A stretch of 64,000 nucleotides of DNA from Thermoplasmata archaeon (GTDB taxonomy: Archaea > Thermoplasmatota > Thermoplasmata > Lutacidiplasmatales > UBA184): assembly GCA_021798195.1 (NCBI GenBank), contig JAJZYH010000009.1:56-64055 (forward strand), given 5' to 3'. The notes beneath the pieces are model-generated. The model was not told the origin of the DNA and ran no database searches. It saw only the letters and a program-made list of their open reading frames with translations. Both the position numbers and the translations under genes were made by a program. Of this stretch, positions 35,624 to 45,515 are shown piece by piece (position 1 is the stretch's first letter; every line of letters starts with the position of its first letter).

Positions 35624-36802
35624 TCAGGTGACGGGCGCCCCGCAGTTGGGGCAGAATTTCACGTTGGGGGGGATGGGAGCCTGGCATTTGGCGCATGCCC
35701 GGGGAGCCGGCGGAGGCGGCGGGGCCGCCATGGGGTTCCCGCAGTTGGGGCAGAACTTGGCCCCCGCGGCGACCGGTGTCCCGCATTTGGGGCACGGGAC
35801 CGCTCCTCCCGCCGCGGCCGGCGGAGGCGCCGGAGCATCCTGGGGGGAACCGCACGCCGGGCAGAACCGGCTGCCGGCCGGGACGAGAGCGCCACACCGT
35901 ACGCAGGGTCGGGACCCGCCGGCGTACTGCTGCGGGCCCATCTGCCCCATCATGCCGTATCCCATGGACATCCCCGCCCCCAGCCCCACGCCGAGGCCGG
36001 CCACGGAGCCCGCGCCTCCTGGATTCGTGGCGGCGTCCACCATCGCCTGTCCCGCCTGGTACTGCATGTAGTTCACCCCCAGTACGCCCATGCTGGACCG
36101 GGTGTCCACCGCCTTCTGCACGTTATCGGGGAGGTTGATGGACAGCCCCTGCAACCGGTTGATCTCGATGCCGTAAGCGTTGAAGAAGTCCGGGGCCTTC
36201 GCCAGCACCATCTGCTCGAGGGTGGGGAGCTTCGCGGCGAGGTCGGTCACCCGCAGGCCCTGGTCCTTCGCCTGTCCCAGGGCGGCGTACACCAGGAGGA
36301 CCATCTGGTCCCGGAGGCGGTCGTCCACATCCGCCGTGGCCTCCGCCCCGAAGGTCCCGATGAACTGGGTGATGAAGTTGTCCGGATGGGAGACGCGCCA
36401 CCGGTAATCCCCGAACACCCGGAGGCTCACGATGCCGAAATCCGGGTCCCGGAACGTGTACGGCTCCTTGGACCCGAACTTCCCGTCGAAGAACCGGCGC
36501 TGGATGTAGTAGACCTCGGCCTGCTGCTGGACCCCGCTCAGGGCCTGGACCAGCTTCCCCACGACGGGGGCGTTGAGGGACGTGAGCGCATACCGGTCCG
36601 GTCGGTCGATGTAGGCGAGCACCTTCCCGTCGCGGAAGAACACCGCGTATTCGTCCTCCCGGACGACGATGTTGTCGTTGAGACGGATGTTGCGGGGCAC
36701 CCGCCACATCACGTTGGGGCCCTTGTAGGCGTCCTCCCAGATGATGGTGGTCGCTCCGCCGAAGATGCTTCCCTTCCCCACGCCCTGAACTCGACCCGCC
36801 AT
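35624..36802 (-). CDS. SPFH/Band-7-like protein of the YdjI (PF13421-like) type with three C-terminal zinc ribbons
   Basis: An N-terminal region resembling the YdjI SPFH-like domain, then CVRCGALVPAGSRFCPACG, CPKCGTPVAAGAKFCPNCG and CAKCQAPIPPNVKFCPNCG. Confidence 0.65.
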   Translation of the reverse strand: MAGRVQGVGKGSIFGGATTIIWEDAYKGPNVMWRVPRNIRLNDNIVVREDEYAVFFRDGKVLAYIDRPDRYALTSLNAPVVGKLVQALSGVQQQAEVYYIQRRFFDGKFGSKEPYTFRDPDFGIVSLRVFGDYRWRVSHPDNFITQFIGTFGAEATADVDDRLRDQMVLLVYAALGQAKDQGLRVTDLAAKLPTLEQMVLAKAPDFFNAYGIEINRLQGLSINLPDNVQKAVDTRSSMGVLGVNYMQYQAGQAMVDAATNPGGAGSVAGLGVGLGAGMSMGYGMMGQMGPQQYAGGSRPCVRCGALVPAGSRFCPACGSPQDAPAPPPAAAGGAVPCPKCGTPVAAGAKFCPNCGNPMAAPPPPPAPRACAKCQAPIPPNVKFCPNCGAPVT

Positions 36803-36826
36803 GGTTCCCGATCTCTCCTTCGCCGT

Positions 36827-37513
36827 CTACTGCAGGATCCCTTCCACCGCCCGCACGCGGTCGGAGAAGCTCGACTCCAGGGTCCGGAGAGCATCGCGGA
36901 GGGTTCCCAGGGCCGTGGTCACCCCGGCGTTGTCCCGGGCCTGTTCCGCGGTCATCAGGGGACCCAGAGCGGAGACGATCCCGTCGGCCGATGCGAGGAA
37001 CGTATAGTCCAGTTCATACAGGCGGTCCAGCGTCGAGGGGCTGATGCGGATCGCGGGGGAAAGGCCCGTGTATCCCTGCTCCGCATGCCGGATCTGCCCC
37101 TCGAGGCGCTGGATCAAGCTTCGGATGCCGCCCAAGGCCTCGAGCCCATTGATCATGCCGTTCTGGACCATGTCCGAACGGAGGTCGTCCACCTTCTGCA
37201 TGGCCTTCACCAGGCGGTCGGCCACCTGAAGGCGGAGCATGGCGTCCGCGGCCCGGATGTCATCGCCTTGACGGTAGGCGCGGAAGCCCGGGATCATGAG
37301 CTGGAGCTTCTTGAGGAACCCCCGGTCCTGATCCACGCTCTCGCGGATGTCCGGGGGGGCTCGGGCCGCGGGAGCCGGGGAGATGAGCGCGGCCCCGCAA
37401 TTCCCGCAGAAACGCTCCCCCGGGGTCACGGGCTGGTGGCACGAGGGGCACACCGCGGCGGCAGGCCCCGCCGGAGGGGCGGCGGGGCCCGGGGGGGTGG
37501 GAGCCATCGCCAT
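36827..37513 (-). CDS. N-terminal zinc-ribbon protein with a roughly 185-aa alpha-helical domain
   Basis: CPSCHQPVTPGERFCGNCG, then a helical region. A 24-nt gap to the SPFH gene downstream. Confidence 0.5.
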   Translation of the reverse strand: MAMAPTPPGPAAPPAGPAAAVCPSCHQPVTPGERFCGNCGAALISPAPAARAPPDIRESVDQDRGFLKKLQLMIPGFRAYRQGDDIRAADAMLRLQVADRLVKAMQKVDDLRSDMVQNGMINGLEALGGIRSLIQRLEGQIRHAEQGYTGLSPAIRISPSTLDRLYELDYTFLASADGIVSALGPLMTAEQARDNAGVTTALGTLRDALRTLESSFSDRVRAVEGILQ

Positions 37514-37514
37514 C

Positions 37515-38084
37515 TCAATGGCCTCCGCTGGAGGGTGGGGTACTGGGTCCCTGGGGATTCGCGGGAGAGGAAGGGGCCGAGACGCTGGGATTGCCCAGGG
37601 CGCCGCGCTCCGCGGCGACCTTGTGCCGCCATTGCGCGCGGAGGTCTTCCCTCGCTTCCGTGGACCTGCGCCCGGACTGCGCGAACATCACGAAGGCGAG
37701 GCTGATGAGCAGGACGATGAGGATCGCCACCAGGGCGAGGACGCGGCCCGGAAGGAGGCTCAGCTGGCTGGGGGAACCTCCGAACGCGGAATCAGGGACC
37801 AATAGCGTGGAGCTCACAAGGGTGACAAAGGCGAAGGCCAGGAGGCCGTAGGCCGCCGGGCGGATCACCCGGAAGGCGTTCCGCGCCGCGGTGGCGATGA
37901 ACGACGCGATGGACAGGACAAAGGCCAGGATCCCGATCCACACCAGCGCCAGGTAGTGGTCATTGGCCGAGAGGGAAGGGACCAGATAGATGCCGTACCC
38001 CACCAGGGCGAAGATCACTACGAGAACGACGCCGGCGAGGATCGCCGGAAAAGATCCTCCGGCGGACCGTGGTTCGGTGGACAT
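37515..38084 (-). CDS. Four-TM membrane protein, first gene of the SPFH operon
   Basis: Four hydrophobic helices. The stop abuts the start of the next gene. Start taken at MSTEPRS. Confidence 0.45.
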   Translation of the reverse strand: MSTEPRSAGGSFPAILAGVVLVVIFALVGYGIYLVPSLSANDHYLALVWIGILAFVLSIASFIATAARNAFRVIRPAAYGLLAFAFVTLVSSTLLVPDSAFGGSPSQLSLLPGRVLALVAILIVLLISLAFVMFAQSGRRSTEAREDLRAQWRHKVAAERGALGNPSVSAPSSPANPQGPSTPPSSGGH

Positions 38085-38157
38085 GGGACCGCTCACCTGG
38101 AAACGGGACCTCTCTCCCTTCCTAAAAGGGCTTCCCTCATAACCATGCTGACGCACG

Positions 38158-39150
38158 TCATCGGGGATGCGCCTCCCCCGAAGTAGACCCCGCAGGGGGA
38201 CCCTGGTCCCCACGGTTTCCGGGGCGTGCCACCCTCTTCCACCAGGTCTCCGACTCGGTCACCAGGACGGCTCCCAGAGATTCCAGCTCCTTCTCCCAGA
38301 ACGACTGGGAGGAGAGGACCAACACCAGGGATTCCCCGGGATTCCCGGACCTTCCGAAGCCATGCGCTTCCCGCACCAGCCGGGCCAGGACCCCGGGAGG
38401 AGGCGCCTCCCGGGCCGCGGGGAAGAGGAAGCGGATCGGGTTCCCCCGGTTCTGGATGATCCGCGTGGCCGCGACGGGAGTCCCCCCGGGACCTACGGCC
38501 AGGTCTTCGCGGATCCAGCGGGGGCCAGCGGCGACCACTTCGGAGGGGTGGAGGCAGGAGGGAGGAAAGTCAAAGGGAAGGGAATCCGCGAGATGGGAAC
38601 GGATGCCGGCCAGCTCCGGGAACGGGGCAATGCGGGGGACGGCCCAGCTGGGTCCCGGGGGGTCCGGGGACGCGGAGGAGACGGGGCCCGCAAGGCGCCA
38701 CCAGCGGACGTGGGGTCCTTCGGTCCATCCCTCGCGGGCGTAGAGCCGGCGAGCTGTGGAATTCGACGAGTACACGTCGAGCACGAGGAACGGGATCCGG
38801 CGCTCCCGGGACAGGAGTTCGGCCCGGGCCAACAGCTGGGTCGCGATCCCCCTCCTCCGGTAGCCGGGGTCGACCCCCACTGCCGCCACGTACGTCCCGG
38901 GCGGGCGGAAGATGGCCACGGTGGTCCCCACGAGCTTCCCCCCCTCCTCGGCCACCAAGAGGTGGACCGGGCTGCGATGCAGGATGGCGAAGAGGCGCAA
39001 CAGGGCGAACGGGACCCATCCGAAGGCGCCCCGGATCTCCCGCACGGAGGAATCGAGCAGGTGGAGCGACCGATCCTCATCGCTGGCCTGAGCCGCGATG
39101 AGCTCGATGTAGCGGTCCCGTTCCCGGCGACGGACCTCTCGGACGATCAC
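38158..39150 (-). CDS. GNAT-family N-acetyltransferase (two-domain)
   Basis: RRGIATQLLARAE acetyl-CoA-binding motif. Confidence 0.7.
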   Translation of the reverse strand: MIVREVRRRERDRYIELIAAQASDEDRSLHLLDSSVREIRGAFGWVPFALLRLFAILHRSPVHLLVAEEGGKLVGTTVAIFRPPGTYVAAVGVDPGYRRRGIATQLLARAELLSRERRIPFLVLDVYSSNSTARRLYAREGWTEGPHVRWWRLAGPVSSASPDPPGPSWAVPRIAPFPELAGIRSHLADSLPFDFPPSCLHPSEVVAAGPRWIREDLAVGPGGTPVAATRIIQNRGNPIRFLFPAAREAPPPGVLARLVREAHGFGRSGNPGESLVLVLSSQSFWEKELESLGAVLVTESETWWKRVARPGNRGDQGPPAGSTSGEAHPR

Positions 39151-39285
39151 CTTCCCCCACCGTCCCCATGGGAGGCCCGGATCGACGCGCGGAAGCGCGG
39201 AACGGCGGCCCCCACGGCATCCCGCGGCTCCGATCTCACAGGCACTCCTCAGTCCCTTCCGGCGGTTCCGAGAGGTATAAGGCCC

Positions 39286-42200
39286 CTAGAGCCGCGCCTC
39301 GTCCCTCGGCTTGGGAAGGCGGACCCTCTGGAGGCCGGGGCTCTGGATCCGCCGGCCGGAAGTCTTGATCGGCTCCGGGGGAGCCGCCTGGAACCAACCC
39401 GGTTCCGGAGGGCTCAGGGGAAGGGAGCACCGGGGGCAGGTGTGGAACTGCACGATGCAGCTGTGACAGATGGTGGCGCCGCACCGGTGCAGGTATTGCG
39501 CCACCCCGCCGCAGCTCTGGCATCGGAATCCTTCCGGGGCGGTGGTGAGCCCGTCCGGTGTGGTCCGGGGGGTGGGCCGGGGCAACTCTCCGGCCGAGCC
39601 CTCCCGGAGGCTTGCCTCCGCCCCGTCCGGTGGGCTCCCGGAGGCTCGAGAGTCCGGATCCTGTTCCTCCGCAAGAGCAGGCTCCGCGGAAGACGTCCCG
39701 GAAGGAGGGCGCCGGGGTTCGGGAGGCACCCGCGTATCAGGGGGGTTCTCGGACAAGGGGATGGTGGGGGATTCTCCCAGCGCCTCCATGCCGCCCAGGG
39801 ATTCCACGGCCTTGAGGACCCGCGCCTTGTAGATCCCCACCCGTAAGTTCCGGACCAGGCGGAAGAGGGTGCGCTCGGAGGACGGGAGCGAGAGGGCCTG
39901 GCGGGCGAGGTCCTCCATCTCCGGGGTCAACGAAAGGTTCTCGGGCCTGAGGTCCATCTTCAGAACGGCCCGCATGTACCCGAAGACCTTCTGCATCTGG
40001 GCGAGAGTGGTGCCGGGGGGGCTCAAGGCCGCCACGTCGGAGAGGGAGAGACCCTTCTTCTCCAGGGCATCGGCCCTCTGGTCCAGGGCGGCCAGGATGA
40101 GATGGTAGCTCAGGTCCTCGAGCTCCTCCATCTCCCCCTCGTTCAGGTCGGGGACGTGGACATCGGGGGTCCGGCCCACGCTGCGGGTCACCGCGTCCAG
40201 GAGGTCGAAGGGGACATGGAGGGTCATGAAGAGGTCGTTCTTGGTGATGGGCCGGTTGAGCTTGGCTTCCAGGAGGAGCGCCTCCTTGCCCAGGGCCTGG
40301 ATGCGGAGGTCCCGCTCCTTCTCCTGGGACTGCCTTTTCCCCTCCCGCGCCGCTTCGAAAGCGGGGTCCAGCTTGAGCGCGTGGTCGAATGCCTCCGCGG
40401 CCTTCTCCGGCTGGTCCAGGGCGAGCAGCATGCGGCCCCTCTGGACGTGCGCCTCCTTGAGGAGGGGATCGATCTGCACGGCCCGGTCGTACGCGCTCAG
40501 GGCCTCGTGGATGTGCCCCAGCTTCTCCCGGACCTCTCCGGCCCGGAGGTACAGCTGGGGGTCGTTCGCCTCGATGGCCAGCGCCCGGCTGTACGCGTCG
40601 GCCGCCTCCTTCCAGCGCTCTAGCCGCGTCTCGAGCTCCGCCCGGCGCAGGAGAAGGGGAAGCGAAGTGGAGTGGATCCCCAGCCCGTGCTCACAGACCT
40701 CCACGGCCAGCTCCAGGGAACCGGCGCCCGCCTCGGCCTCGGCCAGGTAGAGGTAGGCGGCGGGAGACCCCGTGAGGTTGGGCAGCACTTCCCGCAGGAA
40801 GTCGCGGGCCGTGGCGTGGCGTCCCAGGGCGAGGAGGGTCCGGGCGTACCAGATCGCCACCGTCCGGTCGGAGGGTCGGGCCTTCACCAGGGCCTCGAAG
40901 ATCTGGAGCGACTTGTCGAACTCTTCGAGGTTGAAATGGATGCTCCCCCGCAACGTGCTCGCCCGGAACGCGAGGTCCTCCCCCATCGAGGGGGGAAAGG
41001 GAGGGGTGCCCAGGGCTTCCATGGCCGCGAGGGCCTCCCGGAACCGCTGCAGCCGGGAGAGCGCGAGGGCCTTCCGGTACGCCACTTCCGGGGCGAGCCC
41101 GGGTTTCGTCCGGACGGCCCGGTCGTACGACTCCAGGGCCACCTCCACCTTCCCCAGTTCCGCGGCGAGGTCCCCGTGCTCGAGCCAGAGCTCTCCTGAG
41201 TCGGAGGAGGCCCCGGGGTTCTCCAGGAGCGAGGAGAGGGTCTCGAAGGCATCCACCTTCTCCCCCCGGGCGACGTGCAGCCGGTACTTCTCGCGCCAGG
41301 CCCCCGCGTCGTTGGGCTCCAGGAGGAGGATGGCCCGGAGCGAGTAGAGCACCTCCGTGTCCCGCTCCAGGGCCTTGTAGATCTGGGCCCGGAGGCGCCA
41401 GGCCGCGGGGTCGCGGGTGTCCTGGCGGATGAGAGGGTCCAGGTAGGCGGCCGCGTCATTGGGACGTCCCGCCCTCAGGAGCGTCTCGCAGAACTCCAGC
41501 GTGGCGTGCTTGTCCTTGGGGTTGAGCTGGAGACCTCGCTGGAAATAGCCCAGGGCGTCCTGGTAGGCCCCCATCTCCTTGAGCGCCTCCGCCACTTCCC
41601 AGTACGCCTGGGGATCCCGCTCCCCGGCGCTCAGGGTGGCCTTGAGGGCCTGGACCCCTTCCGTGGGCCGTCCCATCTTGAGGAGCACCCGGCCCCTGCG
41701 CCGGAGGTAGAGAGGGTTCCGGGGATCCTTCTGGAGGAGCTGGTCCAGGTAGCCCAGGGCCCGGGCATCCTGCCCCAGCGCCAGGAGGGTCTCGGCAAGG
41801 CCCCAGAGGAGGTCGGCCTCCTCCCTCCCGAGTTCCACGGCGCGGGAGTAGGCTGCCTCGGCCTCGGAAAGGTTGCCGGCTTCGCGAAGGGTGTGGCCCA
41901 GTTCCTTGTAGATGTCTCCCCGGGCCGCGTTGGCCGGGTCGGCGAGGAAGGCCCGGAAGTTCTCCACCGCCCGGGGGAGGTCCTGAAGGAGCTTCGCCGC
42001 CCGGGCGGTCCCCAGGGAACTGGGGTTGCGCAGTTCGTCGGAGAGGCTGGACCGCTCGTAGCTGCGGAGCGCCTCGGTGATCCAGTGGCTCCGTTCCGGG
42101 GAGCCCTCAGGGGTCCGGTAGGCACGGGAGAGGGCGAGGTTCCCCCGCTCCAGGGCCACGTCATACCTGGAGGGGTCCTTCTCGAAGATCCGGTCCAGGA

Positions 42201-43623
42201 TCGCGGGGATCTGATCCACCTTCCCCAGGGCCTGCAGGAGGCCCTTCTTCTGCAGGAGGAGGGCCACATCGTCAGGGTTCCGGGAGAGGAGGTCGTCGTA
42301 GATGCGGAGCGCCTCTTCCCGCTGCGCCGTGGCCCCCAGCCCCTCGGCGAGGTCCCGGAGCGCCGGGGGGTCTCCCGGGACCTGGGCCAGGACGGCCCGG
42401 GCCAGAACGACCTCCACGGCCCACCGGCGGTTCTCCTGGGCCAATCGGAGCCCCTTGCGGATCTCCTCCGTCTCGGAGGGGTGGAGGTGGGCGATCTCCT
42501 GGTACACCTTGAGCGCGGGATCCACCTGGCCGGTCTCCGCGAGGAGGGTCCCCAGCATCTTCTCCGCGTCCAGGTTCCCGGGCGAGACCGCGAGCAGGGC
42601 GCGGCATGCCTCGATGGCGACATCCTTGCGGTCCAGGCGGAGACCCAGGTCCCTCAGGGACTGGAGGTTCGCGAGATTGCGGGGGTCCAGGGACATGACG
42701 CGCCGCCGGACCTCGAGGGCGAGGCCCGACTCGGACGGGGACCCCTCGAGGGTCCCCGCCACCTGCTGGAGCGCCACGGGATCGAGGGGGCTTCCCTGTT
42801 CCAGGAGCTCCTTCACGATGGGGGCGGCCTCCGGGAACCGGCCCAGGTCCAGGAGAAGGCGCGCCTGGAGGAACCGGTACCGGGGTTCTCCCGGAAGGAG
42901 TTCCGCGGCACGCCCCGCCTCCACGAGGGCCTTCTCGGGCTCCTTCCCCGCCTGGTGGATCTGCGCCCGGATGAAATGGAGCTCGGGGTCGTTGGGGCTC
43001 CCCTGGAGGAGCTGATCGGCGAGATCGGTGGCCACCTTCGCGTTCCCCAGGGAGAGGGCCACCGCGAGCTTGAGCCGGAGTGCCTTGGGATGGCCCGGGA
43101 CCAGTTTGAGCGCCCGGTCCACGTAGAGCGTGCTCGACGGTTCCAGCTGCTGGGCATGGAGATAGCTTTCCACCGCCTCCTGGGGCCGTCCCAGGATCTT
43201 GAGCGCATCCCCCCGGCTCGCCCAGATCGACTTGTCGCGGGGATCGAGGGTCAGGGCTCGGTCCAGGAGGCCCAGGACCTTGTCCACCTCCAGGTTCATG
43301 GAGAGCAGGATGACGGCCTTGTGCTGGAGGGCGCTGGGAAGGTCGGGGGCGAACCGGAGGGCCTCCTCCACCGCCTCCCGGGCCTCGTTGCCCAGGGAGA
43401 GGCGGTACAGGTCGAATGCGGCCTGGTCCAGGATGCGCCCCACCGCGGGGGCGTCGGGCATGAGGGCCTCCCGGTTCTCCCGGACCGATCCCAGGAGGGC
43501 CCGGAGCCGTTCCGCCTGGCGGTCGAAGAGCTGCGCCTGCCCGGCCTCCTCGGCCTCCTGGGCCAGCCCCTGGATCCGTTCCAGGATGGGCGAGGAGGGC
43601 CGGCCGTCCGATTGAGATGCCAT
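39286..43623 (-). CDS. Giant tetratricopeptide-repeat (TPR) protein (1445 aa) with a C-terminal Cys/His zinc-finger module
   Basis: Dozens of TPR-like A/L/Y-rich repeats. C-terminus CQSCGG...HRCGATICHSC...HTCPRC. Confidence 0.7.
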   Translation of the reverse strand: MASQSDGRPSSPILERIQGLAQEAEEAGQAQLFDRQAERLRALLGSVRENREALMPDAPAVGRILDQAAFDLYRLSLGNEAREAVEEALRFAPDLPSALQHKAVILLSMNLEVDKVLGLLDRALTLDPRDKSIWASRGDALKILGRPQEAVESYLHAQQLEPSSTLYVDRALKLVPGHPKALRLKLAVALSLGNAKVATDLADQLLQGSPNDPELHFIRAQIHQAGKEPEKALVEAGRAAELLPGEPRYRFLQARLLLDLGRFPEAAPIVKELLEQGSPLDPVALQQVAGTLEGSPSESGLALEVRRRVMSLDPRNLANLQSLRDLGLRLDRKDVAIEACRALLAVSPGNLDAEKMLGTLLAETGQVDPALKVYQEIAHLHPSETEEIRKGLRLAQENRRWAVEVVLARAVLAQVPGDPPALRDLAEGLGATAQREEALRIYDDLLSRNPDDVALLLQKKGLLQALGKVDQIPAILDRIFEKDPSRYDVALERGNLALSRAYRTPEGSPERSHWITEALRSYERSSLSDELRNPSSLGTARAAKLLQDLPRAVENFRAFLADPANAARGDIYKELGHTLREAGNLSEAEAAYSRAVELGREEADLLWGLAETLLALGQDARALGYLDQLLQKDPRNPLYLRRRGRVLLKMGRPTEGVQALKATLSAGERDPQAYWEVAEALKEMGAYQDALGYFQRGLQLNPKDKHATLEFCETLLRAGRPNDAAAYLDPLIRQDTRDPAAWRLRAQIYKALERDTEVLYSLRAILLLEPNDAGAWREKYRLHVARGEKVDAFETLSSLLENPGASSDSGELWLEHGDLAAELGKVEVALESYDRAVRTKPGLAPEVAYRKALALSRLQRFREALAAMEALGTPPFPPSMGEDLAFRASTLRGSIHFNLEEFDKSLQIFEALVKARPSDRTVAIWYARTLLALGRHATARDFLREVLPNLTGSPAAYLYLAEAEAGAGSLELAVEVCEHGLGIHSTSLPLLLRRAELETRLERWKEAADAYSRALAIEANDPQLYLRAGEVREKLGHIHEALSAYDRAVQIDPLLKEAHVQRGRMLLALDQPEKAAEAFDHALKLDPAFEAAREGKRQSQEKERDLRIQALGKEALLLEAKLNRPITKNDLFMTLHVPFDLLDAVTRSVGRTPDVHVPDLNEGEMEELEDLSYHLILAALDQRADALEKKGLSLSDVAALSPPGTTLAQMQKVFGYMRAVLKMDLRPENLSLTPEMEDLARQALSLPSSERTLFRLVRNLRVGIYKARVLKAVESLGGMEALGESPTIPLSENPPDTRVPPEPRRPPSGTSSAEPALAEEQDPDSRASGSPPDGAEASLREGSAGELPRPTPRTTPDGLTTAPEGFRCQSCGGVAQYLHRCGATICHSCIVQFHTCPRCSLPLSPPEPGWFQAAPPEPIKTSGRRIQSPGLQRVRLPKPRDEARL

Positions 43624-43772
43624 GATGTTGGGCAGAATGGCAGTTCCCCGGAGGATTATCTAAGCTTCGGAGCCGGCGGGGGAGCGGGGGTGGCCCATCG
43701 CCGCCCCGGTGCGGGATCCCACATCCTCGGGCGACCGCAGGGTTCTTCCCCGAGGCGCATAGTGGCGGTCCC

Positions 43773-45059
43773 ATGCCCTCCCGCCGGAAGTACATCTACG
43801 ACCCGGTCCACGGGTCCATCTCCCTCGTGGGCGCGTCGCTCGAACTCGTGAGCCACCCGCTGGTCCAGAGGCTCTGGGGGATCCGCCAGACGGGCATGGC
43901 CCACCTGGTCTTCCCGGGCGCGGGGCACAGCCGTCTGGAGCATTCCCTGGGGGTCCTGTGGGTGGCCCGGGCCATGGCGCACAACCTGGGGTTGAGCCCC
44001 GAAGAGACCCTTGCGGTGGAACTCGCGGGTTTCCTCCACGACCTGGGGCACACCCCGTTCTCCCACACCCTGGAGGGGGCCCTCTGGGAATGCCAGCGGC
44101 AGACCCACGAGGACGTGACGCAGCGGCTGATCCTGGGCGATGTTCCCGAGGCGTTCGGCCGGTACGGGCGGGGGATCCGGGACTTCCATCCGCGGTCCAT
44201 CCCGGACGTGCTGGCCCGGCATGGGGTCGACGCGAAGGAGGTGGCCCGCCTCCTCCGGTCCCGCCGTCCCCACAACCGGCCGTACCTCGCCGAGATGCTC
44301 CATGGCTCCATCGACGCGGACCGGCTGGACTACCTCCAGCGGGACGCGCATTACACGGGGGTGGCCCACGGAGCCATCGACGCGAACCGACTCCTGGAGA
44401 CCATGGGCCGGGATCGGGGGCACGTGGTGTTCGCCGAGAAGGGACGGGCGGCGGTGGAGGGATTCCTCGTGGCCCGCTCGCTGATGTACGCCTCGGTCTA
44501 CTACAACAAGACGGTCCGGATCGCCGAGGTGATGCTCCAGTCGGCGCTGGAACGCCTGCCGGGCTACCCCGAGAGGGGCGCCCCGCTCCTCGCCCTCACC
44601 GATGCCGAGCTCCTGGGGAAGCTGGAGAGCGAGGGGGGCCGCGCCGCGGAGATCACCCGGCGGCTTCAGGTCCGGCAATTGTTCAAGAGGGCGGCCACGC
44701 TCCCGCAGGAGGAGGTCCCGGCCGCTCGGAAGGGGCTCCTTCGTCTCCTGCGCGCGCCCGCCCAGCGGCGGTATGCGGAGGATGCCCTGGCGGAGCAGCT
44801 CGGCGGGGAGCCCGGGGACGTCCTCCTGGACCTCGCGGGGATCGAGCCCATCCATCCCCCGGACCCCACGGGCCCTTTGCCCGACGGGGTCCGGATCCGC
44901 GAAGGGACCCGGGTCCAGGACCTCCTGAGGTCCCATCCCGTCTGGGCCACGCTCCTCTCCCGCCCTCCCACGCCCTGGGCCGTTGCGGTCTACACCCTGC
45001 CCAAGCTCCGGGAGGAGGCGGAACGGCGGGGGCTCCGGCTCCTGGAGCGCTACCTTTAG
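43773..45059 (+). CDS. HD-domain phosphohydrolase (dGTPase/SAMHD1-like family)
   Basis: HSRLEHSLGV ... FLHDLGHTPFSHT ... DADRLDYLQRD HD motifs. Confidence 0.75.
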   Translation: MPSRRKYIYDPVHGSISLVGASLELVSHPLVQRLWGIRQTGMAHLVFPGAGHSRLEHSLGVLWVARAMAHNLGLSPEETLAVELAGFLHDLGHTPFSHTLEGALWECQRQTHEDVTQRLILGDVPEAFGRYGRGIRDFHPRSIPDVLARHGVDAKEVARLLRSRRPHNRPYLAEMLHGSIDADRLDYLQRDAHYTGVAHGAIDANRLLETMGRDRGHVVFAEKGRAAVEGFLVARSLMYASVYYNKTVRIAEVMLQSALERLPGYPERGAPLLALTDAELLGKLESEGGRAAEITRRLQVRQLFKRAATLPQEEVPAARKGLLRLLRAPAQRRYAEDALAEQLGGEPGDVLLDLAGIEPIHPPDPTGPLPDGVRIREGTRVQDLLRSHPVWATLLSRPPTPWAVAVYTLPKLREEAERRGLRLLERYL

Positions 45060-45490
45060 GTGGGAGGGGTCGGGCCCAGGTCCAGGGCCCTCAGCCCCGG
45101 GGAGATCTCCGGCCGGCCGAACGTCCTTCCCGGGAACGTCTCGAGGAGGATCTCGTTGAGGATCTCCACCCGGGCCCGGAAGAGATGGCCCCCCACCAGG
45201 CGGTGGTCCGGCCCGGCGAGGCCGGCGTGGAGATGCAGGCTGGGGGCCTCCTCCACGCGGGCGATGGACCCGTGCAGGGCCACCAGTTCGTGGGGCTCCC
45301 GGAATTCCCGCCGCTGGTAGGTGGAACCATCGTAGTAGCCCAGTTCCAGGTCGCGGAGCATCCCGATCCCGGACACGACGATCCCGGCCCCGATCCGTTC
45401 CGCCCGGGAGATCTCCACAAGCCGCGCAAACAGGTCATCCCCGGAATCGAGGCGGACCACCAGGGTGGTCCCTTGCCGTGCCACCTGCAT
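45056..45490 (-). CDS. DUF296 / PPC-domain protein
   Basis: PPC-like sequence (GIGMLRDLELGYYD...HLHAGLAGPDHRLVGGHL). The stop overlaps the convergent HD gene by 4 nt. Confidence 0.5.
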   Translation of the reverse strand: MQVARQGTTLVVRLDSGDDLFARLVEISRAERIGAGIVVSGIGMLRDLELGYYDGSTYQRREFREPHELVALHGSIARVEEAPSLHLHAGLAGPDHRLVGGHLFRARVEILNEILLETFPGRTFGRPEISPGLRALDLGPTPPT

Positions 45491-45515
45491 GCGGGGGGAG
45501 AGGCCCGTCCGCCAT

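Noticed and set aside
35444-37705. 753-aa plus-strand ORF
   Set aside because: Antisense to the SPFH/zinc-ribbon operon, whose proteins have clear motifs. G/R/H-rich artefact.
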